Of a stretch of DNA of 64,000 nucleotides, positions 35,776-45,037 are shown in pieces. A program made the position numbers and the translations under genes. Origin of the DNA: Mageeibacillus sp. UBA1212 (GTDB lineage: Bacteria > Bacillota > Clostridia > UBA1212); contig DBXM01000002.1 in NCBI GenBank assembly GCA_002309655.1, positions 12,960 to 76,959 on the forward strand, written 5' to 3'. How positions within the stretch are numbered: the stretch's first letter is position 1; each line of letters starts with the position of its first letter. The notes under the pieces are model-generated. The model searched no databases. It was not told where the DNA came from and saw nothing but the letters and a program-made list of their open reading frames with translations.

Positions 35776-37011
35776 TCAGCACGGCATCCCGGTGGGCATC
35801 ACGATTTCCGCGTGTTCGGGAGGAACCGAAGAAGGAATGCAGAGAATGCAGTTTCTGACAGAGTCCTTCCCGAATCTGCGCCTTATGCCGTCGATGCAGT
35901 GGCCGAGCCGTTCCCGCCTGTCCGCGAGTTCGACGTCGTCCCACAGTCCCGGCATATACGCCGCCCCCTCAGGCGCAAGATTGACCGTGCGCACCGTAAG
36001 CGATCTCACCGGCAGGTCCCACCTGTATTTCGCCCGGAACAGTGCGAACGCCGCCGCGGCTATGACTTCCGCCGACGTTGAAGGTATCGACAGAGGCGTC
36101 TGCCACTGCCGGCAGACAAGGTTTGAGTCCCTGACGTGTATCACGACGCCGCTCGCGCGCATTTCAAGTTCCCTGAGCCGCCTCCCCACGTCCTGCGTCA
36201 GTTCCAGAATCACCGGCCATACGTCCCCGTCGTTTTCCATATCCCTGACCGTAGTCGTGCCGTGGCCGATGCTTTTGACAGGCGGACTCTCGCCGGCCCG
36301 CGCCACCCTTGATTCGTCGAGTCCGTTCGCGAACTGCCAGAGCGCCAGCCCGTTTTTGCCGAGTTTCGAGACGAGCATTCTCGGGTCGGCCGCCGCGAGT
36401 TCCCCTATCGTTCTGATTGCCGCTCCCGCGAGAACCCTGCCGGTCGACCTGCCCACCCCGAGGAGGTCCGACGCCGGCAGCCCGTAAATCTTCTCCTTAA
36501 AATCTTCCTCGCCGATAACCGTCACCGCGTCCGGCTTTTTGAGGTCCGAACCGAGTTTGGCAAAGATTTTATTAAAAGACACTCCCACCGAGATCGTGAG
36601 TCCCAGCTCGAATTTTACGGTCTCGCGTATAATGTCGGCAATCTTTTCCGGCGGTCCGAAGGCGTCCTCGCAGCCCGTTATGTCCAGCCAGCACTCGTCC
36701 ATTCCGTACGGCTCGACCATATCCGTAAACCGGGAATAGATTTCGCGCGCGAACACGGAATATTTAACATATTCGTCATAGTGCGGCTCGACCACGCGCA
36801 GCCCGGGACACTTGTTCTTCGCCTGCCAGACCGCCTCGCCCGTCTGAACGCCGTACGCCTTCGCCGGATAGTTCTTGGCGAGAACGATTCCGTGCCTCTC
36901 GGCGACAGACCCGCACACCGCGACAGGAATGCCTTTCAGCGACGGATCCAGCATGCACTCCACGCTCGCGTAGAAATTATTCATGTCGCAATGTAAAATG
37001 TTTCTGCCCAA
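35776..37011 (-). CDS. Y-family (DinB/UmuC/UvrX-like) translesion DNA polymerase
   Basis: 411 aa. N-terminal ILHCDMNNFYASVE matches the catalytic DMDCFFAAVE signature; palm, finger and little-finger layout. TTG start at 37011, after GGGGGG. Confidence 0.85.
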   Translation of the reverse strand: MGRNILHCDMNNFYASVECMLDPSLKGIPVAVCGSVAERHGIVLAKNYPAKAYGVQTGEAVWQAKNKCPGLRVVEPHYDEYVKYSVFAREIYSRFTDMVEPYGMDECWLDITGCEDAFGPPEKIADIIRETVKFELGLTISVGVSFNKIFAKLGSDLKKPDAVTVIGEEDFKEKIYGLPASDLLGVGRSTGRVLAGAAIRTIGELAAADPRMLVSKLGKNGLALWQFANGLDESRVARAGESPPVKSIGHGTTTVRDMENDGDVWPVILELTQDVGRRLRELEMRASGVVIHVRDSNLVCRQWQTPLSIPSTSAEVIAAAAFALFRAKYRWDLPVRSLTVRTVNLAPEGAAYMPGLWDDVELADRRERLGHCIDGIRRRFGKDSVRNCILCIPSSVPPEHAEIVMPTGMPC

Positions 37012-37030
37012 AACGCCTGTTCCCCCCTTT

Positions 37031-37119
37031 ACAAATTGTGAAAATTATTGTACAATCAGTTCCGTAAGGCACAATCCGATTGTGAGTTCATTATACACAA
37101 TCCGTTTGTGAGTTGTCAA
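37031..37119 (-). promoter_or_regulatory. Sigma-A promoter of the polymerase gene (TTGACA-N18-TATAAT) with two 19-bp operator copies CACAATCCG(A/T)TTGTGAGTT, one in the spacer and one over +1, plus a third half-site variant in the 5' UTR
   Basis: Minus-strand -35 at 37114-37119 and -10 at 37090-37095. Operator copies at 37096-37114 and 37070-37088 (each CACAA-N5-TTGTG). ATTGTGAAAATTATTGTACAAT lies at 37036-37057. Confidence 0.5.
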
Positions 37120-37274
37120 GCACTTTTTTGCATTTTCGCGCGAATTTTGTTATTTCCGTTTTTTCCACGCACAAAACGGGAAAACGAGCGGCGTGAATGC
37201 GGAAACGCAGCGGTGTCTGCAAGGCGGCCCGTATTGATATTTTTAACAATTTAAGATCATTCGGAGGAGAAGCA

Positions 37275-37679
37275 ATGACTTTCGGAGAAAAACTGAAACT
37301 CTACAGAAAAAAGAAGAATATAACGCAGCGCGACCTTGCGAAGATCGCGGGGCTCGGCTTCAACACGATCAGCAACTATGAGCGCGGCCAGACCTACCCC
37401 CAGAACCGCGAAATCTACGCGAGACTGGCGCAGATTCTCGAGATCGACACCGATTTTCTCCACAATGAAAACGACGATTTCATCAACGAGGCGGAGGCCC
37501 GGTACGGAAAGCGCGGACGTTCACAGGCGGAGCAGCTTGTCGAGGACGCGCGCGGGCTTTTTGCGGGCGGCGAACTCACGGAGGAAGAAAAACTCGGCGT
37601 GCTGAGGGCGCTTCAGGACGTGTTCTGGGAGTGCAAGGACGCCAATTCGGCCAAATACTCTTCCAAGAACGAGGAATAA
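37275..37679 (+). CDS. XRE-family HTH transcriptional repressor (ImmR/DdrO-like)
   Basis: Start at ATG 37275 (MTFGEKLKLYRKKKNITQRDLAKIAG), after GGAGGAG. Cro/C1-type HTH followed by about 70 aa C-terminal extension. Confidence 0.8.
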   Translation: MTFGEKLKLYRKKKNITQRDLAKIAGLGFNTISNYERGQTYPQNREIYARLAQILEIDTDFLHNENDDFINEAEARYGKRGRSQAEQLVEDARGLFAGGELTEEEKLGVLRALQDVFWECKDANSAKYSSKNEE

Positions 37680-37762
37680 CGTAAAAATAAACCAATCGCG
37701 CAGAAATCCGGCCTTAGGAAATTCTGAAATCCGTTCTTAGATTAAAAAAGGAGCGACTGAAA

Positions 37763-38305
37763 TTGAGAGACCCCGCGGAAATTCTCGGTGCCGCAAACCG
37801 TCTTATCAAGAAATATAATACGCGCGACCCGTTCAGGCTGGCTGACGAACTCGGAATCATGCTGCGTTACAGCGGCAGTCTCGGCAGCCTTCTCGGTCTG
37901 TACACAGTCGTTCTCAGGAACCGCGTCATCATTCTCAATTCGGAGCTCGGCGAGAACCAGCGCCGGATGGTTCTTGCGCACGAACTCGGCCACGACGTTC
38001 TGCACCGCGAGGAGGCGAAGAAAGGGCTGCAGGAATACATGCTTTTCGACATGCGCACGCCCACCGAGTACGAGGCGAACGCCTTCGCGGCCCACCTTTT
38101 GATAGACCGGGACGAGCTGATCGAGCTTTCCAAGGAGCGCGAATACGACCCCTGGGCAGTGTCGCGTGAACTCGGCCTCAACGTCAACCTCGTGCTGATC
38201 AAGTTCGCGGAAATGAACCGGATGGGCGACAGCTTCACCCTGCCCCGCATTCCCGACCCGACCTTCTTCAAGAACGAGCTTCCCGGCTCAGAGAACGCCT
38301 ACTGA
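37763..38305 (+). CDS. ImmA/IrrE-family (COG2856) zinc metallopeptidase
   Basis: 180 aa with HELGH...EYEANAFAAHLL motif of the ImmA/IrrE anti-repressor protease family. Directly downstream of the XRE gene. Confidence 0.8.
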   Translation: MRDPAEILGAANRLIKKYNTRDPFRLADELGIMLRYSGSLGSLLGLYTVVLRNRVIILNSELGENQRRMVLAHELGHDVLHREEAKKGLQEYMLFDMRTPTEYEANAFAAHLLIDRDELIELSKEREYDPWAVSRELGLNVNLVLIKFAEMNRMGDSFTLPRIPDPTFFKNELPGSENAY

Positions 38306-38325
38306 AACTGCTAATAATACAGAAA

Positions 38326-38374
38326 GCCCGCGCCGGCCCCATCAATCAAAAGGGGGCCGGCGCGGGCCTTTTTA
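38326..38374. terminator. Strong bidirectional terminator (15-bp GC stem GCCCGCGCCGGCCCC / GGGGCCGGCGCGGGC) between convergent immA-like and rhamnosidase genes
   Basis: Inverted repeat at 38326-38340 and 38353-38367, with U-rich tracts on both strands. Confidence 0.6.
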
Positions 38375-38385
38375 TCACAAACAAC

Positions 38386-40950
38386 TTACACTCTCACGTC
38401 GAACACCCACTCGCCGGAGCCAACAGTTTCAGCCTCAGCCCCCGGTATCTCAATCAACGCCAAAGTGTTCGCGGGAACCACCACTGTGACGCGCCTGACT
38501 CCGCCTTCAGCCGGCCCGTAGGCGACGCGGATCTCGCCGTAAGGTGATTTGTAGGACACGTCGGCGGCGCCGATCTCTTCAATGAAGCAGGGCTTCACGA
38601 GGAACTTCTTGAAGCCGGGTTCGAGGGGCTTGACGCCAGCGACGTTCTCGTGGCAGAACAGGAGGAAGCCGCCGTGCATCGGGTGGTTGTAGGATGCGAC
38701 GCCGACGTTGGGGTTCTCGGTCACGAAGTGCATGTCGGGGGCTTCCCACATCGAGGTGCCGCCTTCGGTCATCATTCTGCCGAACGAGTAGTAGTCCGGG
38801 TTGAACAGGAATTTCATCGCGGCACTGCCCTTCCCGGCGTCGAAGAGCGCGGGAACGAGGTACTTGTTGCCGTAGATGCCGGTGCTCATTCTGTAGCCGT
38901 CATTTTCGATCATGCCGGCGGTCGCGGCGACAAGCGAAGGATACTCGCCGTCCGGGTAGATTCCGGTGATCAAAGCGGCGCCGTTCGTGCCCCAGTAGCC
39001 GTAGGAGTGGGCCACAACATCATAATAGTGTCTGTTGAACGACTCCCTGATTCTCTCCGCAAGATCGCGGTATTTACGGCCGTCCCCGTATCCGAACGCG
39101 TCCGAGATTTCCGCCATTTTTCGGCAAATTTCGAAGAACATTAAAGTCGACGAATGCTCCACCGGCATGCGGCGCGGGGCTTCGTTGCCTTCGGGCGGGC
39201 ACCAGTCGCCGAGCCCTTCCTTTATAATAAAATCGTTGGAGCGGTTCAGTTCGTGGTCGACCCACTTCCTCATAAGGTCGATGTTGTTCCTGACGGCCGA
39301 GCCGAGGCCGCGGTACTTCCACATCCAGTACGGAATGATAATCTGCGCGCAGCCCCAGAGAGGAGACGCCTCGCCGCAGCCGCGTTTTCCGGGCGAGATC
39401 ATCTGCCAGGTGCCGTAGACCTCCGTTGTGGTTCTGATGTCGCCGAGATATTTTTCATAAGAGGTTTCCGAGTCGTAGTTGAGCAGACCCCAGTTGCAGA
39501 CCACCTCCGCGTCGCCGAGCCAGCCGCACTTTTCGCGCGCCGGGCAGTCCTCGGGAACGCCGTGGAAATTCGAGAGGTACGTGTTCCTCATCACGCGGTC
39601 AAGCTGGGTGAGCTGGTCGAAATCGCAGTAGAAGCGGCCCGCCTCCTTCATGGAAGTGGCGAGCGCGATGCCCTTGATCATTCCCGGGTCGGGTTCGGTG
39701 CCGTAGCCCTTCGAAAAATCGTGAATGCCGGTGATTTCGACGTATCTGAAACCGTGGTACGTGAATCTCGGCCGGTAGTACTCGGGCTCGGAGCCGCCGC
39801 GGGCGACGTAAATGTCCTGTTGGATGCACTGGGTTGCGAATCCGCCGGTCGAACGGTGGTCGAGGTTGCCGCCCTTGGCAAGCGCCTCAGCCGTTCTGAA
39901 AACGTAAACCGCGCCTCTCGGGGAATGCGCCGGAATCTTCACCTCGTACGTTCCCGCGAAGTTCACGCCCAGGTCGAAAATCCACGCGCCGTCGCTCTTT
40001 CCGCTCTCGCAGTGCATCGAAATGCAGGGGATCTCGCGGATCGCGCGCACCGGCGGCATCAGGCAGGGCGTCAGCTTCCCTTTCGGCGTCGTATCCTCAA
40101 CGACCGGCCCCCAGCCCTTCTCGCTGCCTTCAAACAGGCCGAAGTCCGGCGTCTCGAGCCTTGAATCGTACATCTCGCCGCCGTAAATGTTGTTGATCGA
40201 AATCGGGCTGTACTTGTATTTCCAGTTTTCCGTGTCAGAAACGATATTTTCCTCGCTTCCGTCCTCGTAAACGATCTTCAGCCTGACAAAAGCGCACACG
40301 TCGCCGTAGACCATTCCCTCGCTGCCCCAGACGCGGCTCTGCGAATAGAAGCCCTCGCCGAGAAGCACCGCGAGGCAGTTGCCGCCTTCTTTAATAAAGC
40401 CGGTCACGTCGGTGGCGCGGTAGTAGACGGTTTTTTCGTAGTTGGAAATCGGCGGATCGATCTCGAAATCGTCGGCCCGTTCCCCGTTCAGGAAGAACTC
40501 TCCGATGCCGAGGCCCGTTCTGTAGAGAATGGCACGCGCCGGCTTTTTGCGGCCTATGTCGAACTTCGTGCGGAGGTAAGGCGCCCAGCCGCTGATATGC
40601 TCTTCCGGCTTGATCCACTTCGCGCCGTGCATGCCCTCCGGCGACGGTTCGGTGATGAAAACGGCCTCCTCAGAAGCCTCGCTTCCGTCCTCACCCCATG
40701 CCTCGATTCTCAGCTTGTACTCGGTCTCGAATGCCGCGGCAAGCCCCTCCGGCTCCACGTCGACGCTGATTCCCGACTCGACTCTTCCGGTGTCGAAAAC
40801 CGTTCCGCTCCGGTCGGAAAGCGTGATCCGGTAGAATTTCTGGAAGAAGCCGTCGCTGACGTCTGAAATTTTCCAGCTGAAACGAAGTCCGCTCGCCGGC
40901 ATGAGAAGTCCCGGCTCAGCTCCGTTTATTCTGATGTCGTAAATTTTCAT
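38386..40950 (-). CDS. Alpha-L-rhamnosidase, GH78
   Basis: Start at ATG 40950 (MKIYDIRINGAEPG), after GGAGGA. About 854 aa with the canonical GH78 multi-domain layout. No signal peptide. Confidence 0.85.
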   Translation of the reverse strand: MKIYDIRINGAEPGLLMPASGLRFSWKISDVSDGFFQKFYRITLSDRSGTVFDTGRVESGISVDVEPEGLAAAFETEYKLRIEAWGEDGSEASEEAVFITEPSPEGMHGAKWIKPEEHISGWAPYLRTKFDIGRKKPARAILYRTGLGIGEFFLNGERADDFEIDPPISNYEKTVYYRATDVTGFIKEGGNCLAVLLGEGFYSQSRVWGSEGMVYGDVCAFVRLKIVYEDGSEENIVSDTENWKYKYSPISINNIYGGEMYDSRLETPDFGLFEGSEKGWGPVVEDTTPKGKLTPCLMPPVRAIREIPCISMHCESGKSDGAWIFDLGVNFAGTYEVKIPAHSPRGAVYVFRTAEALAKGGNLDHRSTGGFATQCIQQDIYVARGGSEPEYYRPRFTYHGFRYVEITGIHDFSKGYGTEPDPGMIKGIALATSMKEAGRFYCDFDQLTQLDRVMRNTYLSNFHGVPEDCPAREKCGWLGDAEVVCNWGLLNYDSETSYEKYLGDIRTTTEVYGTWQMISPGKRGCGEASPLWGCAQIIIPYWMWKYRGLGSAVRNNIDLMRKWVDHELNRSNDFIIKEGLGDWCPPEGNEAPRRMPVEHSSTLMFFEICRKMAEISDAFGYGDGRKYRDLAERIRESFNRHYYDVVAHSYGYWGTNGAALITGIYPDGEYPSLVAATAGMIENDGYRMSTGIYGNKYLVPALFDAGKGSAAMKFLFNPDYYSFGRMMTEGGTSMWEAPDMHFVTENPNVGVASYNHPMHGGFLLFCHENVAGVKPLEPGFKKFLVKPCFIEEIGAADVSYKSPYGEIRVAYGPAEGGVRRVTVVVPANTLALIEIPGAEAETVGSGEWVFDVRV

Positions 40951-41012
40951 AAAAAATCCTCCGCACAAATATATTGATTTTCAATGAATTCTATTAAAAA
41001 CCGGAGCAAGAA

Positions 41013-41681
41013 TCACTCCGCCCACTCGAAGTTTTCGCGCCCCGCCCCAAGCTCGAAGTGGTACTTGACGATACCCAGATCCGTTTTCGAGCAGGGCCCG
41101 AGGAACGCCTTCGCCGCCACCCGGCCGTCGTCCGTAATTTTAAAGAAGAACTTCTGCTGGTTGATTGCCGTGGGCGCCAGCAGCGCCGCTTCGACGCCTT
41201 TTTTGAACCATTCGGGGGTGGATTCGCCTATTTCCGCCACTTTGTCAGGGCTTTTGCTTCTGTGCGGCGTTCCCGGTGTCAGGCCGTAGCCCAGCGCGAG
41301 AACGTCAAAAAGCACCTCTCCGGGACCGAGCGACGGCTGCACCTTGCTCTTCTCGAACGTCAGCGCCACCCAGCACGTGTTGAGCCCCTCCTTCTGCGCG
41401 AACAGAACCAGCCGCTCGCCGTAGTAGCCCACCTTCTCGTCGTCGTCTTTCCGTCCCGCAAGCACCACGTAGTTCCTGCAGCCGGAAAAACTGCCGTATG
41501 AAGGCTTGTCCGCCTTGAACGCCTCCGGTTCGTCGATAACAAGTTTAAACGACAGCCCGCTCTCGGCGTTGATCCGCCCGATTTCTTCGGCAAGAAGCGC
41601 CGCCTTTTCCGGCTCAACCGCCCTGTTGTCGTACTTCCGCACCGAATGTCTCGCGCGCATTATCTCCCAAATATCTTCCAT
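41013..41681 (-). CDS. Nitroreductase-family flavoprotein
   Basis: 222 aa; RHSVRKY N-terminal signature. Confidence 0.8.
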   Translation of the reverse strand: MEDIWEIMRARHSVRKYDNRAVEPEKAALLAEEIGRINAESGLSFKLVIDEPEAFKADKPSYGSFSGCRNYVVLAGRKDDDEKVGYYGERLVLFAQKEGLNTCWVALTFEKSKVQPSLGPGEVLFDVLALGYGLTPGTPHRSKSPDKVAEIGESTPEWFKKGVEAALLAPTAINQQKFFFKITDDGRVAAKAFLGPCSKTDLGIVKYHFELGAGRENFEWAE

Positions 41682-41780
41682 AAAATCATCCTCCGTTCAA
41701 AGAGAAATCAGTCACAAATATCTACCCCTATTATACCACGTAAAAACCGGAAATGCCAGTTTTACGCGCGTGCGCGAATA

Positions 41781-41817
41781 AAAAATTCAGGGCAGCCTCC
41801 AAACGCGGAGGCTGCCC
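41781..41817 (-). terminator. Rho-independent terminator (11-bp stem GGGCAGCCTCC / GGAGGCTGCCC plus U-tract) for the 41844..42422 gene
   Basis: Inverted repeat at 41790-41800 and 41807-41817. Minus-strand hairpin is followed by UGAAUUUUUUAUU. Confidence 0.5.
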
Positions 41818-41843
41818 TTCCAATTAATCAATACGATCCGGCA

Positions 41844-42422
41844 TCATGCCCACGGGTTGGCCTCAACAGGAAGCCTAATGTCGCTGAGGCACTGGATGTC
41901 GTTCACGAACCACTGGCCTGTGGACGGCTTCTTGCGCAGCTTGATGCCTCTCGGCGAATCCGCGCCGGCGCTCGTCACGTAAAGCGTCGCCCAGTTCTCC
42001 TCGTCAAAGGAGTACGGGGTCGAGGTCACGGTGATCGTGAGCGGCTGTGAAGGCGTGTAGTTGTTCTGGACGGTGGCGCCTTTGAAGTACGAGAAAGGCA
42101 GATAGGTCTTGCCGTCGAGACGCTCCTTGATGAAGCCCTTCGTGTAGTTGCTCACGGTGTCGGGTCCGTTGAGGAATTCGAGCATGCTGTAGACGGCCTC
42201 AGGGTCGTCCTTAAATCTGCAGAGAACCAGAACCGCCAGCGCTGTCGTCTTGAACGCAGTATCAAGCGATGCCTCGGGAAGCGCCTGCAGCTCTTCGAGA
42301 TTCTTGGGAATATAGGCAAAAGTGAACGTTTTCGACTCCTTTACACCCTTCCCTCTCGCGTTCGGATCTTCGCTTGCGAAAAGATTTTTTATAAACTTCT
42401 TAATTGAATCAAGTAATCCCAT
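41844..42422 (-). CDS. Hypothetical protein
   Basis: Start at ATG 42422 (MGLLDSIKKF), after AGGAGGA. 192 aa, no recognisable family. Confidence 0.5.
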   Translation of the reverse strand: MGLLDSIKKFIKNLFASEDPNARGKGVKESKTFTFAYIPKNLEELQALPEASLDTAFKTTALAVLVLCRFKDDPEAVYSMLEFLNGPDTVSNYTKGFIKERLDGKTYLPFSYFKGATVQNNYTPSQPLTITVTSTPYSFDEENWATLYVTSAGADSPRGIKLRKKPSTGQWFVNDIQCLSDIRLPVEANPWA

Positions 42423-42628
42423 TTTATCCTCCTGCAACTGTCTTTCGACGCGTTTTTAGCGATAATGGAAGTGCTGATTTAATAGCTATTTTTTCGAGCG
42501 CGACCCCGAAGCTGTATGAAGATACTGCGAGCGGGGAGCTCTCGGAAAGCAAGCGGCAGCAAATCTGTCGTAAGACACCTTATCCGCTAAAAAAGATGAA
42601 ACTAACGAACTGAGCTCTTGCGCATACT

Positions 42629-42672
42629 GTCAGCTATTCGCCGCTTGCGTAAAGAGCATTAAATCAGCGCTT
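42629..42672. repeat. Copy A of a 44-bp repeat (35-bp perfect core TCGCCGCTTGCGTAAAGAGCATTAAATCAGCGCTT) abutting the stop codon of the SBP gene
   Basis: Core at 42638-42672, identical to 45650-45684. Extended match GTCAGC(TAT/AAA)TCGCC... has 3 mismatches. Confidence 0.6.
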
Positions 42673-42674
42673 TC

Positions 42675-44081
42675 TTAGATTTCGCTGGAGAGCACCGACC
42701 ACGTGTCGTTGCACTGCTGCTCCAGTTTCCGGAGTTTGTCGACCCAGGAAGCCTCGTTGCGGCAGTATGCGGTGAACAGATCGCTGATGCCCTTCTGGAT
42801 GAGGTTCGCGACCTCCGGGGGCACGCAGGTTCCGAGCTGGCCGGGAACGTAATTCTCGTAGTTCGCGACAAACGCGTCGTAGTTCTTGCCCTCGTAGCCT
42901 TCGCCCTTGAGATGCCAGAAGTCCATCTCGCCGAGTTTCTTTAAGATCGGCACGTCGCCGCCTTCCTGACCGTGGAGCGCGAGCTGGCCGTCCTCAGTGA
43001 GCAGGAACAGCGCGAGCGCCGCGGCAGCGTCCTTGTTCTTCGTGTAGCTGAAAACGGAGAATCCGAGAGCGCCGCAGGGGGAAGCCGCGTGCGGGAAGAG
43101 CGGGAACGCCACAGCGTCCCAATCGCATCCGTTGTACCTCTTCACGTTGGTCGTGAGCACCGTGTAGGACTCGTTGAAGTTGAAAACGCAGGAGTTGTAC
43201 GGCGATATCTTTCTGTACTCGTTCTGGAGCGCAGAGCCGAGTCCGCTGTTGAGCATCGGGTAAACGAGCCTTCTGTCAATGGACTCGATCGCCTCGCTGA
43301 TGCCCTTTCTGACCGCTTCGTTGTCGAAGTTGACTCTCTTGTTGACCTTGTCGTACCACTCGCCGCCGTAAGCGTAGAGGAAAGGCGTGAACATGTTCTG
43401 CCAGTCGAACTTCCACGAGGCGCCGACCTGAGTAAGGGTGATGCCGTCGACGTCGTACTTTTTGACTCTCTCGCAGATGGACTTGAAGTCCTCCCAGGTC
43501 CAGTCGTTCGGCAGGTGTTCACCCTGCTCGATAATACCGGCCTCGACAAGGGCGTCCACGTTGTACGTGAATAGAACGTTGCCGCAGGTCATGCCGACCA
43601 TGAACGTTCTGCCGCCGATGATGCACAGGTTCAAAATACCGGAGTAGATCTCCGAGAGGTCGATCTGGAACGCCTCGATGTACGAATCCAGAGGCATCAT
43701 CGCCTCGTTCGTGATTGCGTACTCATAAAGGCTGTCCTCGCTGTTAAGGCCGCCGTCCGTGATAAAGAACACGTCGCCCATCGTCTTCGAGGAGATCAGC
43801 GGAGCGTAGTCCGTGACGTTGAAGTCGGTCTCGATCGTTACGTCCGGGTACTTGTCGCGGAACGCGTTGAGCCAGCTTCTGATGCCTCTTCTCGACTGGT
43901 CGTTCGGATAAGTGTAGTTTATCGCGCTGACCTTGAGTTTGCCGCGGATGTCGGGAACGTAGTCCTCAGGCAGTTCGCCGGTCTGGAACTCTCTCTTCTC
44001 GCAGCCCATGACGGCAAAAAACATGAACGTCGCAAGCGCGAGCATTATGCATCTGACTATGATTTTTGTAATGTTTTTCAT
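42675..44081 (-). CDS. ABC transporter substrate-binding lipoprotein, carbohydrate-binding (SBP family 1)
   Basis: Start at ATG 44081 (MKNITKIIVRCIMLALATFMFFAVMGC lipobox), after AAGGGAGAGG. 468 aa. No permease or ATPase genes adjacent. Confidence 0.8.
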   Translation of the reverse strand: MKNITKIIVRCIMLALATFMFFAVMGCEKREFQTGELPEDYVPDIRGKLKVSAINYTYPNDQSRRGIRSWLNAFRDKYPDVTIETDFNVTDYAPLISSKTMGDVFFITDGGLNSEDSLYEYAITNEAMMPLDSYIEAFQIDLSEIYSGILNLCIIGGRTFMVGMTCGNVLFTYNVDALVEAGIIEQGEHLPNDWTWEDFKSICERVKKYDVDGITLTQVGASWKFDWQNMFTPFLYAYGGEWYDKVNKRVNFDNEAVRKGISEAIESIDRRLVYPMLNSGLGSALQNEYRKISPYNSCVFNFNESYTVLTTNVKRYNGCDWDAVAFPLFPHAASPCGALGFSVFSYTKNKDAAAALALFLLTEDGQLALHGQEGGDVPILKKLGEMDFWHLKGEGYEGKNYDAFVANYENYVPGQLGTCVPPEVANLIQKGISDLFTAYCRNEASWVDKLRKLEQQCNDTWSVLSSEI

Positions 44082-44269
44082 CAGTTCCTCTCCCTTAATA
44101 AGAAAGTTTTTTTGACTGTTTCGAATTGTATCACAAGCGCGCGCCCATTTCAACAGCATTTAAATAAAAAAAGCCGTTAAACGCCGCTATTGCCTGTGCA
44201 AAGCCTCTTTGGCGCCTTTTCGAACCCTTTTTGCGGCCTTTCCAAAGCCTTTTCGAAGCGGAAAAGTGT

Positions 44270-44449
44270 TTACATCTGCTTCCTGACGGTCTTGTATTCG
44301 TCGCTGTCGTCGTAATAGGGGCACTCCTTGTAGCGGCCGTTCACGAAGCGCTCGAACTCGTCCTCGTCAAGGTCGATCTCGCAGTACGCGGTAAAAGACT
44401 CGTTGTCGTAAACGTAGTGACTGCACGATTCGCATTTTGTTTTGGTCAT
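44270..44449 (-). CDS. Small (59 aa) Cys-rich zinc-ribbon-like protein
   Basis: Not in the ORF track (below length cutoff). Minus-strand ATG at 44449 follows GGAGG and encodes MTKTKCESCSHYVYDNESFTAYCEIDLDEDEFERFVNGRYKECPYYDDSDEYKTVRKQM, with CxxC...C...C spacing. Confidence 0.45.
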   Translation of the reverse strand: MTKTKCESCSHYVYDNESFTAYCEIDLDEDEFERFVNGRYKECPYYDDSDEYKTVRKQM

Positions 44450-44470
44450 ATGCCGCCTCCGAATTTCTTT

Positions 44471-44986
44471 TCAGGAATCGCGCTCCGCGTCCCTGCTGCC
44501 CTCCGCTTTTTTCACGGTCTGCTTAACTTTTTTCGCGGGTCTAACATTATTTCCCGCCGTTCCCGCTTCATTTTTCACGCCTGCCTTGCCCAGAACGTTC
44601 GCCCACGCCTCCGGATAGAACCTGTAGTAGCTCACGTTCCTTGTTTGCCTGTACTTCCTGCACGACGGGAGCGACGCCCATAAAATCGAAGGCAGCCCGA
44701 TGACCGGCAGGAACAGCGGTCCGAGAATTATCGACTGCAGCGTGTGGCCGTATTCGTGCGCAAGAACGTACTCGCGTTCCTTCGGCCCGTAGTCCGGACA
44801 CATAAAAATGAACATCCCGAGCGCCATTGAGCCGTCTTTCCGCGTCCAGTTCTTCACGGCCGCCCCTTTATAGAAGCCTGCCGCGCTGCCCCTGCAGAAA
44901 ACCCTTACGGCGAGCCCCGCCAGGTTCTGCGGAAGTCCCCACGTCCACTGAAGGATATAGTAAAAAATCAGGAATAGAACTCTCAT
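44471..44986 (-). CDS. Membrane-associated putative zinc metallopeptidase (HExxH motif: VLAHEYGHTLQS)
   Basis: 171 aa, two hydrophobic segments flanking the HEYGH motif. GGAAGGA RBS. Family not resolved. Confidence 0.5.
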   Translation of the reverse strand: MRVLFLIFYYILQWTWGLPQNLAGLAVRVFCRGSAAGFYKGAAVKNWTRKDGSMALGMFIFMCPDYGPKEREYVLAHEYGHTLQSIILGPLFLPVIGLPSILWASLPSCRKYRQTRNVSYYRFYPEAWANVLGKAGVKNEAGTAGNNVRPAKKVKQTVKKAEGSRDAERDS

Positions 44987-45037
44987 TCCGCCGTCCTTCC
45001 GCCGGTAGTTTCAGACTGATTTCAGCCTATATTTAGG

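Noticed and set aside
37036-37057. Rex box (TTGTGAA-N4-TTCACAA)
   Set aside because: The first half matches TTGTGAA, but the second half is TTGTACAA, not TTCACAA.
It is better explained as a variant of the local CACAAT/ATTGTG operator.
37012-37274. LexA (SOS) box upstream of the Y-family polymerase
   Set aside because: No CGAAC-N4-GTTCG or GAAC-N4-GTTC in the intergenic region.
The operator-like repeats are CACAA-N5-TTGTG instead.
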